A stretch of DNA of 32,000 nucleotides from Nitrospinota bacterium (lineage in GTDB: Bacteria; Nitrospinota_A; UBA7883; JACRGQ01): NCBI GenBank assembly GCA_029881495.1, contig JAOUMJ010000012.1, positions 36,904-68,903 of the forward strand, in the 5' to 3' direction. Within the stretch, counting starts at the first letter, position 1, and the number at the start of each line of letters is the position of its first letter. The notes under the pieces were generated by a model. The model was not told the origin of the DNA, made no database searches, and saw nothing but the letters and a program-made list of their open reading frames with translations. The translations under genes and the position numbers were made by a program. Below are positions 1-7,849 of the stretch, one piece after another.

Positions 1-46
1 TTCCTTTATCGGTTCTTTTTTCAACTTTCAATTCAACAATATCCAT
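1..46 (-). CDS. rplY: 50S ribosomal protein L25 (Ctc family), N-terminal fragment running off the window edge
   Basis: Reverse strand reads MDIVELKVEKRTDKG..., preceded by AAGGGAG as Shine-Dalgarno; lies immediately downstream of prs, the common position of rplY. Only 15 residues visible. Confidence 0.55.
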   Translation of the reverse strand, partial: MDIVELKVEKRTDKG

Positions 47-72
47 TGTGATCTCCCTTAAATGATCAAATT

Positions 73-1023
73 TTAATATTCAAAAAGACTGCTTACCGAT
101 TTTGCCAGGTGGATTCTTTTTATCGCCTCGGCAAAAACTTCCGATATATCCAGCACTTTTAGTTTTTTACATTTCTCAACATGGGCTTCCTGCCCGATAG
201 TGTTGGTCGTTATCAGTTCCGTTATCGGCGATCCGTTGATCCTCTCAATCGCCTTCCCCGAAAGCACAGCGTGCGAACAGCATGCCCTTACGGACGCCGC
301 TCCGGCATCCAGAAGAGCGTTCACCCCTTCGGTGAGGGTTCCGGCGGTATCCACCATATCGTCCACGATTATCGCATCCATCCCTTTAACATTTCCTATT
401 ATATTCATCGCCTTCGCCACATTCTTCCCTTCACGGCGTTTGTCGATGATACCGAGCCCGCAATCAAGCTTTTTGGCAAAAGCCCTCGCGCGTTCGACGC
501 CTCCGGCGTCCGGCGAAAACACGACCCTCTCATTCTTGAAATCGATGCTGTTTATATATTCTATAAGAACCGGGGAACCGTACAGATGGTCAACCGGCTT
601 ATCAAAGAATCCCTGTATCTGCCCGGCATGGAGATCCATGAACAGGGCGCGATCCATACCCGCCTGGCATATGATGTCGGCAACGAGGCGCGCGCTTATC
701 GGCGTTCGGCTCTGAACCTTTCGATCCTGCCTGGCGTATCCGAAATAGGGCATAACCGCGGTTATCCTCCTCCCGGAGGCCCGCTTCACTGCATCTATCA
801 GGAGGAGAAGCTCCATCAGGTTGTCGTTAACGGGTGTATTTGTCGACTGGATTATGAACACATCCCCGCCGCGTATATTTTCTTTTATCTGACAAAAAAT
901 CTCGCCATCCGAGAAATTGGAGATCTCACATTCAATGAGCGGCACACCAATTCCAGCGGCAATTCCTTCTGCCAACTTGATATTGGACCTGCCGGCTATT
1001 AGTTTTGGCCCGTCGACATTCAT
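73..1023 (-). CDS. prs: Ribose-phosphate pyrophosphokinase (PRPP synthetase)
   Basis: MNVDGPKLIAGRSNIKLAEGIAAGIGVPLIECEISNFSDGEIFCQIKENIRGGDVFIIQST, FFDKPVDHLYG, IVDDMVDTAGTL PRPP-binding motif. Start set to the ATG at 1023 (316 aa) because the longer 353-aa ORF runs through a tRNA gene. Confidence 0.97.
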   Translation of the reverse strand: MNVDGPKLIAGRSNIKLAEGIAAGIGVPLIECEISNFSDGEIFCQIKENIRGGDVFIIQSTNTPVNDNLMELLLLIDAVKRASGRRITAVMPYFGYARQDRKVQSRTPISARLVADIICQAGMDRALFMDLHAGQIQGFFDKPVDHLYGSPVLIEYINSIDFKNERVVFSPDAGGVERARAFAKKLDCGLGIIDKRREGKNVAKAMNIIGNVKGMDAIIVDDMVDTAGTLTEGVNALLDAGAASVRACCSHAVLSGKAIERINGSPITELITTNTIGQEAHVEKCKKLKVLDISEVFAEAIKRIHLAKSVSSLFEY

Positions 1024-1058
1024 AAAATCTGGTATCCCGCTATAAAAAACATCAATTT

Positions 1059-1133
1059 TGGCTGGGGTGGTAGGATTCGAACCTACGAATGCAGGTACCA
1101 AAAACCTGTGTCTTACCGCTTGACGACACCCCA
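1059..1133 (-). tRNA. tRNA-Gln (anticodon TTG), CCA encoded
   Basis: Reverse strand TGGGGTGTCGTCAAGCGGTAAGACACAGGTTTTTGGTACCTGCATTCGTAGGTTCGAATCCTACCACCCCAGCCA: 7-bp acceptor TGGGGTG/CACCCCA, anticodon arm CAGGT-TTTTGGT-ACCTG, T-loop GTTCGAATC, terminal CCA. Confidence 0.96.
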
Positions 1134-1177
1134 AGAGCTAACAATCGCCCTTAATAATAACGCTATAAAAGCCTTAA

Positions 1178-1205
1178 ATAATAACAGACTTGCAAACAGT
1201 GTCAA
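1178..1205 (-). promoter_or_regulatory. Predicted sigma70 promoter for tRNA-Gln/prs
   Basis: Reverse strand TTGACA (1205-1200), 16-nt spacer, TATTAT (1183-1178), about 45 nt upstream of the tRNA 5' end. Confidence 0.6.
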
Positions 1206-1328
1206 ATTAAATTGACAAAACCCGGTTCAGGCGTAATTTTGCGGTTTGGACAATAGACAAAAATCTGCTAAATTATTGTTTTAAGAACACTTATTATATT
1301 TATCCTGTATGCCGAAGAGAATGAGAGA

Positions 1329-2303
1329 ATGGAAATTCATGACCGGATCATAAAAAGCTGCAAGAACGAGGACCCAAACGTTCGCAGGGCCTCGGCAGTA
1401 GCCCTTGGAAATATGGGAATTACACAGGCAAAAGGACCTTTGGCCGCTCTTTTAAAGGATAAATTCCCGGTGGTCAAGGAAGCCGCCATCTACGCTCTTT
1501 CGAAGCTGAACGCAGTGGAGGTAGTGGAACATCTCACAGCGATTCTCAACCCGGAAGACGGCGATGTCAGAAAAGCCATCCTGCAGACCGTCTCCTCCAA
1601 GACCCCTCCACAGGACCAGAAAAGCGAAGAAGAGGCCGCGATGGGGCTTACACCTGAAAAACTACTTGAACAATGGAAGGTGAAGAGGGCCGCGGCGCTT
1701 GCTCTTTGCAAGCTCAACCCGGATATTGCCGTTTCGCCGTTGATTGCGGCCCTTGCCCACGAAAATATCAACGTGAAAATAGCCTCAATAACCGGGCTTG
1801 GAAACATGGAATCGCAGGTCGCGGGGCCGAAACTTCTCGAACTGATAAAGAGCGAAGCGTGGGAGGTGCGCAAGGCAGTGGCAACGGCGCTTGGCAAGAT
1901 CAAATACGAACCGGCCATTGATTCGATCGTTGAACTGCTTAAAGATTCGCGCTTCGCGGTAAGAATTGAAGCAATAATCGCGCTTAACCACTTTAAAACG
2001 CTCGATATCCTGGGACCCCTCTCAAACGTAATTAGCGAAGACGACAACGTGGACGTAAAACGGACCGCGGTGATCGCGCTTGGCAACCTTCAGACGGAGT
2101 ACGCCATACCGTCGCTGACACAGGCATGTTCAGATCCCGCGTGGCAGGTAAGGAAGGCGGCTGTCACCGCGCTGGCTTCGCTAAAGTTCCCGCAAGTCCT
2201 TGATCCGCTGGTCGTCGCGCTAACCGATGAAAACGAGGAAGTGAGCCATGTGGCGGCTCTCGCCTACCCGAAGGTCGCCGCCGCCCTGGAATCCTCAATG
2301 TAA
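1329..2303 (+). CDS. HEAT-repeat protein
   Basis: Tandem ~31-aa units such as DPNVRRASAVALGNMG, FPVVKEAAIYALSKL, AWEVRKAVATALGKIK, NVDVKRTAVIALGNLQ, AWQVRKAAVTALASLK. Confidence 0.85.
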   Translation: MEIHDRIIKSCKNEDPNVRRASAVALGNMGITQAKGPLAALLKDKFPVVKEAAIYALSKLNAVEVVEHLTAILNPEDGDVRKAILQTVSSKTPPQDQKSEEEAAMGLTPEKLLEQWKVKRAAALALCKLNPDIAVSPLIAALAHENINVKIASITGLGNMESQVAGPKLLELIKSEAWEVRKAVATALGKIKYEPAIDSIVELLKDSRFAVRIEAIIALNHFKTLDILGPLSNVISEDDNVDVKRTAVIALGNLQTEYAIPSLTQACSDPAWQVRKAAVTALASLKFPQVLDPLVVALTDENEEVSHVAALAYPKVAAALESSM

Positions 2304-2400
2304 GATGAGACCATCTCCATTTTTAAACGGCGGAGTAAATATTAGAAAGTCCGGCTTTCTTCCGGACGGGAAAGACCCTGCCTGGCAGGGATAATATCCA

Positions 2401-3045
2401 ATGGCAAAGAAACATAAAACCGAACTTGACGTCGACCCCACTTCCATACCGGTCACAGAAGAAGAAAAAGTCGAGGAGGCCCCCAAACCCTCTCCTGTCA
2501 AATTTGAGGCCGGAGGAGGAGGAGGAGGAGAAGAAGAAGAAGAAGACGAGGTAAAACCGAAAAGAAAACTTACCAGAAAGGCGATCATCATTCTTGCTGT
2601 CGGCATCAGCGGATTTCTCTCCCTGATAGCAACGATCGTGGCGGGATATTTCTACTTTTCAAAGGAAGAGGAACCCGTTATACAGCAGATCGAGGAACCC
2701 GCAAAGCCCGAGCCTGTGCAGAAAACTCCAGTCACATTCGAAAAGATGATCAATCTCAGCCTTGAACCGTTCATAATCCCTATTGAAAAAAATGGGGAAA
2801 AACGTTTATGGCGCATAGCATTCTCCATACAGCTTAGCAACGAAGAGACTATCGACGAGATTGAGGAGAACTCCTCCATCATACGCGAAGCTATATTCCT
2901 GTTTCTCACGACGCATAACATAGAGGACTTCTCAGACCTGAAGAAAAGGCCACGCACCATCTACGATATGGAGATCCTTCTCGACAGGTCCCTGCAGTCA
3001 GGGAGAGTGAAAAGCATAACGATAACCGAATTCAATATCATGTAG
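2401..3045 (+). CDS. Single-pass membrane protein with possible FliL-like periplasmic domain
   Basis: Low-complexity cytoplasmic N-terminus (GGGGGGEEEEEDE), TM helix IIILAVGISGFLSLIATIVAGYFYF, C-terminal region resembling FliL (VTFEKMINLSLEPFIIPIE...ITEFNIM). Family assignment is tentative. Confidence 0.45.
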   Translation: MAKKHKTELDVDPTSIPVTEEEKVEEAPKPSPVKFEAGGGGGGEEEEEDEVKPKRKLTRKAIIILAVGISGFLSLIATIVAGYFYFSKEEEPVIQQIEEPAKPEPVQKTPVTFEKMINLSLEPFIIPIEKNGEKRLWRIAFSIQLSNEETIDEIEENSSIIREAIFLFLTTHNIEDFSDLKKRPRTIYDMEILLDRSLQSGRVKSITITEFNIM

Positions 3046-3069
3046 TTTCGGGGAAGGCTCCGAAACCGC

Positions 3070-4002
3070 TTATCTCACTATCTCCGTTCCGATACCCTTG
3101 TCGGTAAATATCTCAAGCAATACGGAGTGCTTCACCCTTCCGTCGATGATATGGGTTTTCTTTACGCCGGCATCAAGCGCCCTAAAACAGCTTTTCACCT
3201 TGGGCAGCATCCCCCCCTTGATAACCCCCTTTTCGATAAGCTCTTCCACTCGGCTTTCATTCAGATGGCTCAACAGCTCCTTGTCGGAGCCGAGTATCCC
3301 CCTTTCGTCCGTAAGAAGGACAAGCTTTTCCGCCTTCAGCGCGGCGGCTATCTCCCCCGCTACCGTATCGGCGTTGATATTGTAGGTCTCCCCTTTCGAG
3401 CCTACCCCTACCGGCGCTATGACCGGGATGAAATTGTCCTTGTCGATGGTCTCAAGTATCTCCTTGTTTATCTTCGTCACCTTGCCGACCATTCCGATGT
3501 CGATTATCTCCGGCCTGTCGACGTCCGCCGTCCGCTTTTCAATAAGCATCTTTTCGGCTTCTATCAGGCGGCCGTCCTTCCCGCTCAATCCGACGGCGCG
3601 CCCACCTTCGCTCGACAACAGCGAAACTATCTCCTTGTTCACCTTCCCGACGAGAACCATCTCAACCACGTCGATAGTCTCGCCGTCCGACACCCTGTGC
3701 CCGTCCACGAACCGCGTCGGTATCCCCATCTTTTCGAGGGTCTTCCCTATCTGCGGACCGCCGCCATGAACGACCACCGGATTTATTCCAACAAGTTTGA
3801 GAAGAGCCACGTCGCGGGCGAAGCCCTCTTTCAGCCCCTCTTCCACCATCGCGGATCCGCCGTACTTTATGACTACCGTCTTCCCGCTGTACTGCCGTAT
3901 ATATGGAAGCGCCTCTATAAGGACAGCCGCCTTCCCTATCAATTCATTCAGATTCAGTTCACTCATCAGCGCAGTATACACCGCAAACAGTTCGTCTTGC
4001 AT
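3070..4002 (-). CDS. argB: Acetylglutamate kinase
   Basis: [91 protein letters not shown]. Confidence 0.96.
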   Translation of the reverse strand: MQDELFAVYTALMSELNLNELIGKAAVLIEALPYIRQYSGKTVVIKYGGSAMVEEGLKEGFARDVALLKLVGINPVVVHGGGPQIGKTLEKMGIPTRFVDGHRVSDGETIDVVEMVLVGKVNKEIVSLLSSEGGRAVGLSGKDGRLIEAEKMLIEKRTADVDRPEIIDIGMVGKVTKINKEILETIDKDNFIPVIAPVGVGSKGETYNINADTVAGEIAAALKAEKLVLLTDERGILGSDKELLSHLNESRVEELIEKGVIKGGMLPKVKSCFRALDAGVKKTHIIDGRVKHSVLLEIFTDKGIGTEIVR

Positions 4003-4059
4003 CCGGAAGAGTGAACATCTCCCACTTCCCCATGCCTCTTCGCCAACATCTCGCGGGGG

Positions 4060-4992
4060 CTATCCTCCCCCCCTCCTCTTCCTTGCGTGCGGGTGGGCGC
4101 TGTCGTATACGTTCATGAGCCTCTCTATCCCTACATGCGTGTACTTCTCCGTGGTGCCAAGCGATGAGTGACCGAGCAGTTCCTGAATGGCGCGGAGATC
4201 GGCCCCTCCGTTCAGCATATGCGTCGCGAATGTGTGGCGTATCATGTGGGGGGTGAGGCGCTTTATTATACCCGCCCTGATGCCGTGCTTCACCACCACC
4301 TCGTAGGTCTGCCTCATCGAGAGCCTCTTTTTCAGTCTGGAGTAAAAGAGCGGGCCGCTATCCTTCCCGTTGCTTTTCATCAGCTCCCTTATCGCAACAG
4401 CCGCCTTTTTGCCGACCGGGATGATCCGCTCCTTGCTCCCCTTACCCATCACCCGGACAAGATTGCCGGTGAGGTCCACATCCTCGGCATTCAATCCCTG
4501 CAGTTCGGCGATGCGTAGCCCGCTCGAATAGAAGAGCTCAAGCATCGCGCGGTCGCGGAGCATCGTCGGCGATCCTTTGTCGGCGCTATCCATTAGCGCG
4601 AACGCTTCATCCACAGAGAGGAACTTCGGCATCTTCTTCGGTTTCTTCGGGAGCGGGACAGCCTCCGCGATGTTCTTCTCCACCATCCCTTCGCGCGCGA
4701 GATAGCGGAAGAAGGCGCGGAGAGCGGAGAGCTTTCTCTCTATGGACGACGGCGCGAGTTTTTTTCTATGAAGCTCCGCCACGAAAGAGCGTACCGCGAT
4801 AACCTCCATCTTCTCGAAATCTATCGCGCCGGAAGTCCCCTTTTTTTCAACCAGCGGACTTTTGAAAGCGAACTCGGCGAACTGCGCGAGATCCTTTCCG
4901 TACGCCTTGGAAGTTTTCGGGGAGAACCCTTTCTCTATGGAGATATGCGTCAGGAATTTTTCAATCTCTTTTGGAATTTTTACCTGTTCCAC
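4060..4992 (-). CDS. Tyrosine recombinase, XerC/XerD type
   Basis: SAM-like N-terminal domain (FLTHISIEKGFSPKTSKAYGKDLAQF) and catalytic motifs SGLRIAEL, TPHMIRHTFATHMLNGGADLRAIQELLGHSSLGTTEKYTHV. Confidence 0.92.
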   Translation of the reverse strand: MEQVKIPKEIEKFLTHISIEKGFSPKTSKAYGKDLAQFAEFAFKSPLVEKKGTSGAIDFEKMEVIAVRSFVAELHRKKLAPSSIERKLSALRAFFRYLAREGMVEKNIAEAVPLPKKPKKMPKFLSVDEAFALMDSADKGSPTMLRDRAMLELFYSSGLRIAELQGLNAEDVDLTGNLVRVMGKGSKERIIPVGKKAAVAIRELMKSNGKDSGPLFYSRLKKRLSMRQTYEVVVKHGIRAGIIKRLTPHMIRHTFATHMLNGGADLRAIQELLGHSSLGTTEKYTHVGIERLMNVYDSAHPHARKRRGGG

Positions 4993-5056
4993 AGGAACAG
5001 TTTAGGACCAGACCCGGCAACTATCAAGAGTGATCGGTCTTCATGCTCATACCTGC

Positions 5057-5388
5057 CACCCCCGCGTATGCGGGGATCCAGATATCACTATCCCGCCGCT
5101 CTTGGTTCCCTTCTTGTCACCCCCGCGTATGCGGGGATCCAGATATCACTATCCCGTCGCTCTTGGTTCCCTTCTTGTCATCCCCACGGAAGCGGGGATC
5201 CAGATATCACTATCCCGTCGCTCTTGGTTCCCTTCTTGTCATCCCCGCGTATGCGGGGATCCAGATATCACTATCCCGTCGCTCTTGGTTCCCTTCTTGT
5301 CACCCCCGCGTATGCGGGGATCCAGATATCACTATCCCGTCGCTCTTGGTTCCCTTCTTGTCATCCCCGCGTATGCGGGGATCCAGAT
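5057..5388 (+). repeat. Tandem array of palindromic repeats: six palindromes, five full 61-bp periods
   Basis: Unit CAYCCCCGCGTATGCGGGGATCCAGATATCACTATCCCGTCGCTCTTGGTTCCCTTCTTGT starts at 5057, 5118, 5179, 5240, 5301 and 5362. The inter-palindrome segment is nearly identical in every copy. Copy 3 has a variant head CCCCACGGAAGCGGGG. Confidence 0.97.
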
Positions 5389-5454
5389 TTCTAGCATTGG
5401 CGGCGTACACACTGCGAAAATAATTCCGATGCTATCGGGAGAAGAGGAATTAAA

Positions 5455-5482
5455 TGTGCAATACGGTACAAAATTGTATAAT
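5455..5482 (+). promoter_or_regulatory. Predicted promoter of the first pentapeptide-repeat gene
   Basis: TGTGCA-16 nt-TATAAT, with TATAAT ending 8 nt before ATG (5491). The block TGTGCAATACGGTACAAAATTGTATAATTCT is nearly identical upstream of the paralogue at 19381. Confidence 0.5.
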
Positions 5483-5490
5483 TCTCAGCA

Positions 5491-6546
5491 ATGGCTGAAA
5501 TCGACACAGAAAAGCTGAACAGACAGTGGAAACCGGAGGAAGTTTCCAGGAGTGACCTTCGCCTATTCATTTTAGTAGTGATAGGTTTATCTGAAATCTT
5601 TTTATTATCAATTTTTATGGCGGCTACGTCGCCTTTGGAATTTATAGAAAAAAACCCTGCCTTCTCCGACATTTTCAAGAACATCCTGCCTCTTATCCTT
5701 GCCGCGCCGATAGCGCTCCCTATCTGGTACTGGCGGGATCAGAACAAGAAGGCCGATATACAGAACGCCAGAGAGGACCTTATCCAGAAGGATTTTCACG
5801 AAATACAGAAGTGGGCAGTTGGATTGGGTGGCGACAAAAATGAAACCTTGCAGATTGCCGCCATTCATCAACTGAAACCGTTTGCCGTCGGCATACATGG
5901 GGAGAGATTCCAGAGGCCAGCATATGAAATATATTTCTCCCTTCTCCAGTCATGGCCGGAGGAAGAGGTGAATGACGAGACAGTGGTTCCAAACCATATA
6001 CTGGCCATCCACACCGTCTTCCGCGAAGAGGGGAGCAAAATCACAAAAAAGATGAACAGAATAAACCTGGCAAAGGCAGATCTTTCAGGTGCGGATCTCA
6101 GCGGTGTCAACCTCGCAGAAGCCAATCTGCAATCGGCAGAACTATTCAGAGCCAACCTGCAATCGGCAAACCTTATGCTTGCCAACCTGCAATCGGTTAA
6201 TCTTGCTCATGCCAACCTGCAATCGGCAGACCTATCTGGAGCCAACCTGCAATCGGCAAACCTTCGCTATGCCAACCTGCAATCGGCATACCTTTTACTT
6301 ACCAACCTGCAATCGACAGACCTATCTGGAGCCAACCTGCAATCGGCAGAGCTTGAAGGAGCCGAATTCGAAGATAGAGAGATCATCAGGGGTGAAAACT
6401 GGAATAAGGCAGAGTACAGTAAAGGAAAATTGGAAAACCTGCAAAAACTCTACAAGGAATTAAAGGGAAAAGATGAGAAGAATTATTGGGACCCTGAAAG
6501 CGAGAATTACATCTTCCCTCCTCCCATCCACGACAGCAGGGACTGA
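5491..6546 (+). CDS. Membrane-anchored pentapeptide-repeat protein (paralogue 1)
   Basis: Two hydrophobic N-terminal segments (LFILVVIGLSEIFLLSIFMAA; LPLILAAPIALPIWYW), conserved linker QKDFHEIQKWAVGLGG...LQIAAIHQLKPFA, then A(N/D)LQSxxLxx repeats. Confidence 0.93.
   Translation: MAEIDTEKLNRQWKPEEVSRSDLRLFILVVIGLSEIFLLSIFMAATSPLEFIEKNPAFSDIFKNILPLILAAPIALPIWYWRDQNKKADIQNAREDLIQKDFHEIQKWAVGLGGDKNETLQIAAIHQLKPFAVGIHGERFQRPAYEIYFSLLQSWPEEEVNDETVVPNHILAIHTVFREEGSKITKKMNRINLAKADLSGADLSGVNLAEANLQSAELFRANLQSANLMLANLQSVNLAHANLQSADLSGANLQSANLRYANLQSAYLLLTNLQSTDLSGANLQSAELEGAEFEDREIIRGENWNKAEYSKGKLENLQKLYKELKGKDEKNYWDPESENYIFPPPIHDSRD
6121..6360 (+). repeat. In-gene 30-bp tandem repeat, 8 units in perfect phase
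   Basis: Core GCCAACCTGCAATCGGC recurs at 6121, 6151, 6181, 6211, 6241, 6271, 6301 and 6331 with variable 12-13 nt tails. Confidence 0.95.
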
Positions 6547-6602
6547 CGATCATCCCCACTCCATCCACAAACAGCCACCCTACCGCAAGCATGACAAACC
6601 GC

Positions 6603-6633
6603 GCTGGATCCCCGCCTCCGCGGGGATGACAAG
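6603..6633 (-). repeat. Single copy of the dispersed palindromic repeat, inverted relative to the 5057-5388 array
   Basis: CTGGATCCCCGCCTCCGCGGGGATGACAAG; reverse complement CTTGTCATCCCCGCGGAGGCGGGGATCCAG matches the array head. Confidence 0.85.
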
Positions 6634-6738
6634 AGGACTGGAAACAAATATTCATATAAATTTTATGACAAACCGTGCAGGAGTTCGCTCTCGCGATGTT
6701 GGGTATGACAAGGGGAAGGGGGTGACGCCAGAAGAAAG

Positions 6739-7677
6739 CTAGCGGCAACGGCCTGTGAAGAAGTTCCTTACTCTACCTCTTCTGATGCAGGATCTTATTT
6801 TCTTAACAGCTTCGGACGCCGCATCGCGCCCCGCCTGCACCGCCTCTTCCGCTTTCGAAAAATCGGCCCAGTGAATACCTTTCGTCTTCGGCGTGATTAT
6901 ATAGTCCGCCCCTTCCAGCTGAAGGTTCGCCAATACGCGCCTCGTGACCACGCTCCCCCCAGTTATCACTTCGAGGGAGTTCGTCGGCTCCGGCTCCGGC
7001 TCGTCGTCCTGCATGATATCGACCGCTATCACTATATCCGCCCCCATGATGCGCGCGCGCCTTACCGGGTTCTGTTCTGCCCAGCTCCCGTCTATCAGCA
7101 CCATCCCCGCCATCTTTACGGGGGGGAATATCCCCGGAATAGAACATGATGCGAGTATCGCCTTCTGCACCGACCCCTTTTCAAAATAAAAATTCTTCCT
7201 GGATACAAGGTCCGTGGCGCAACATGAGAAAGGTATCTTGCAGTGGCGGAACTCGAGGTCCGGCACGATGTCCGCGATGTTCCTCTCAAGCACCCCCGCC
7301 GGGAGATACGATACGTTTGTGAGCGAAACGCCGTAGAAGTACGACCTTCTCAGCTTTCTCGATATCTTTCCGAGAAGTCCGTTCAGCACACCCTGTTCAC
7401 CTACCTTCGTGGAGCTGAGGAAATCCATCTTTGCGTCTTCGTAATCGTCGCTTTTGAGGAAATCTATGAATCTTTTTTCGATCTGCTCCGCGACCGGATC
7501 GAGAGCGTACATCCCGCCGATAACCGCGCCGATGCTTGTTCCGGCGATGAGATGGATAGGGATCTTTGCCTTTTCGAGTTCGCTGAGGACCCCAAGATGC
7601 GAAAGACCTCTTGCCGCGCCGCCTCCCAGAGCAAGGCCTACTTTAACGCCGCGAAATATGCCTCCCATAACTACCAA
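6739..7677 (-). CDS. Patatin-like phospholipase (RssA/NTE-like)
   Basis: GLALGGGAARGLSHLGVL oxyanion-hole motif, GTSIGA nucleophile elbow, VLIDGSW (DG motif). Confidence 0.9.
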   Translation of the reverse strand: MVVMGGIFRGVKVGLALGGGAARGLSHLGVLSELEKAKIPIHLIAGTSIGAVIGGMYALDPVAEQIEKRFIDFLKSDDYEDAKMDFLSSTKVGEQGVLNGLLGKISRKLRRSYFYGVSLTNVSYLPAGVLERNIADIVPDLEFRHCKIPFSCCATDLVSRKNFYFEKGSVQKAILASCSIPGIFPPVKMAGMVLIDGSWAEQNPVRRARIMGADIVIAVDIMQDDEPEPEPTNSLEVITGGSVVTRRVLANLQLEGADYIITPKTKGIHWADFSKAEEAVQAGRDAASEAVKKIRSCIRRGRVRNFFTGRCR

Positions 7678-7813
7678 TATATTCTATTTGCGCGTGAACC
7701 TGAAAAATAACTGCCCTCAATGGCGGAAGATGATCCTTCCGGGCGTGGACTCAACATAGTTACTCTGTAAAACTGATCCCGTAAAAATCGAGGTATCCGA
7801 CTGCGTGAATAAT

Positions 7814-7839
7814 AACGGGCCGGCTGACGCCGGCCCGTT
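7814..7839. terminator. Strong GC-rich hairpin downstream of the cupin gene, candidate terminator
   Basis: AACGGGCCGGC-TGAC-GCCGGCCCGTT, an 11-bp perfect stem with a 4-nt loop. The minus-strand T-tract is weak (TATTATT). Confidence 0.5.
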
Positions 7840-7849
7840 TTGCAAAGCG

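Noticed and set aside
181-1002. 273-aa plus-strand ORF antisense to prs
   Set aside because: Shadow ORF of a conserved housekeeping gene; no domain features.
1024-1134. N-terminal 37-aa extension of the PRPP synthetase ORF
   Set aside because: Mostly translation of the tRNA-Gln gene; family consensus starts at MNVDGPKL.
3045-3066. GTTTCGG-GGAAGGCT-CCGAAAC hairpin between the FliL-like gene and argB as a bidirectional terminator
   Set aside because: Only a 7-bp stem, overlaps the stop codon and has no T-tract on either strand; too weak to call.
3127-4014. 295-aa plus-strand ORF antisense to argB
   Set aside because: Shadow ORF in a high-GC conserved gene; no domain or ribosome-binding support.
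5057-5388. CRISPR array candidate (regularly spaced palindromic repeats)
   Set aside because: The spacers are nearly identical between copies, there are no cas genes in the window, and related single palindromes occur elsewhere (6603; half-copy near 19443).
5057-5388. Integron attC cassette sites (about 60-bp unit next to a tyrosine recombinase)
   Set aside because: No RYYYAAC/GTTRRRY R'' and R' boxes, no gene cassettes between units, and the recombinase looks XerC/D-like with no clear IntI-specific segment.
4768-5394. 208-aa minus-strand ORF, and ORFs 5030..5518 and 5043..5423
   Set aside because: Translations of the tandem repeat (PRMRGSRYHYPVALGSLL, VTPAYAGIQISLSRRSW, HPRVCGDPDITIP), open in several frames because of the repeat; not supported as genes.
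6089-6463. 124-aa ORF (EPTCNRQTYLEPTCNRQ...)
   Set aside because: Out-of-frame shadow of the 30-bp pentapeptide repeat inside the 5491..6546 gene.
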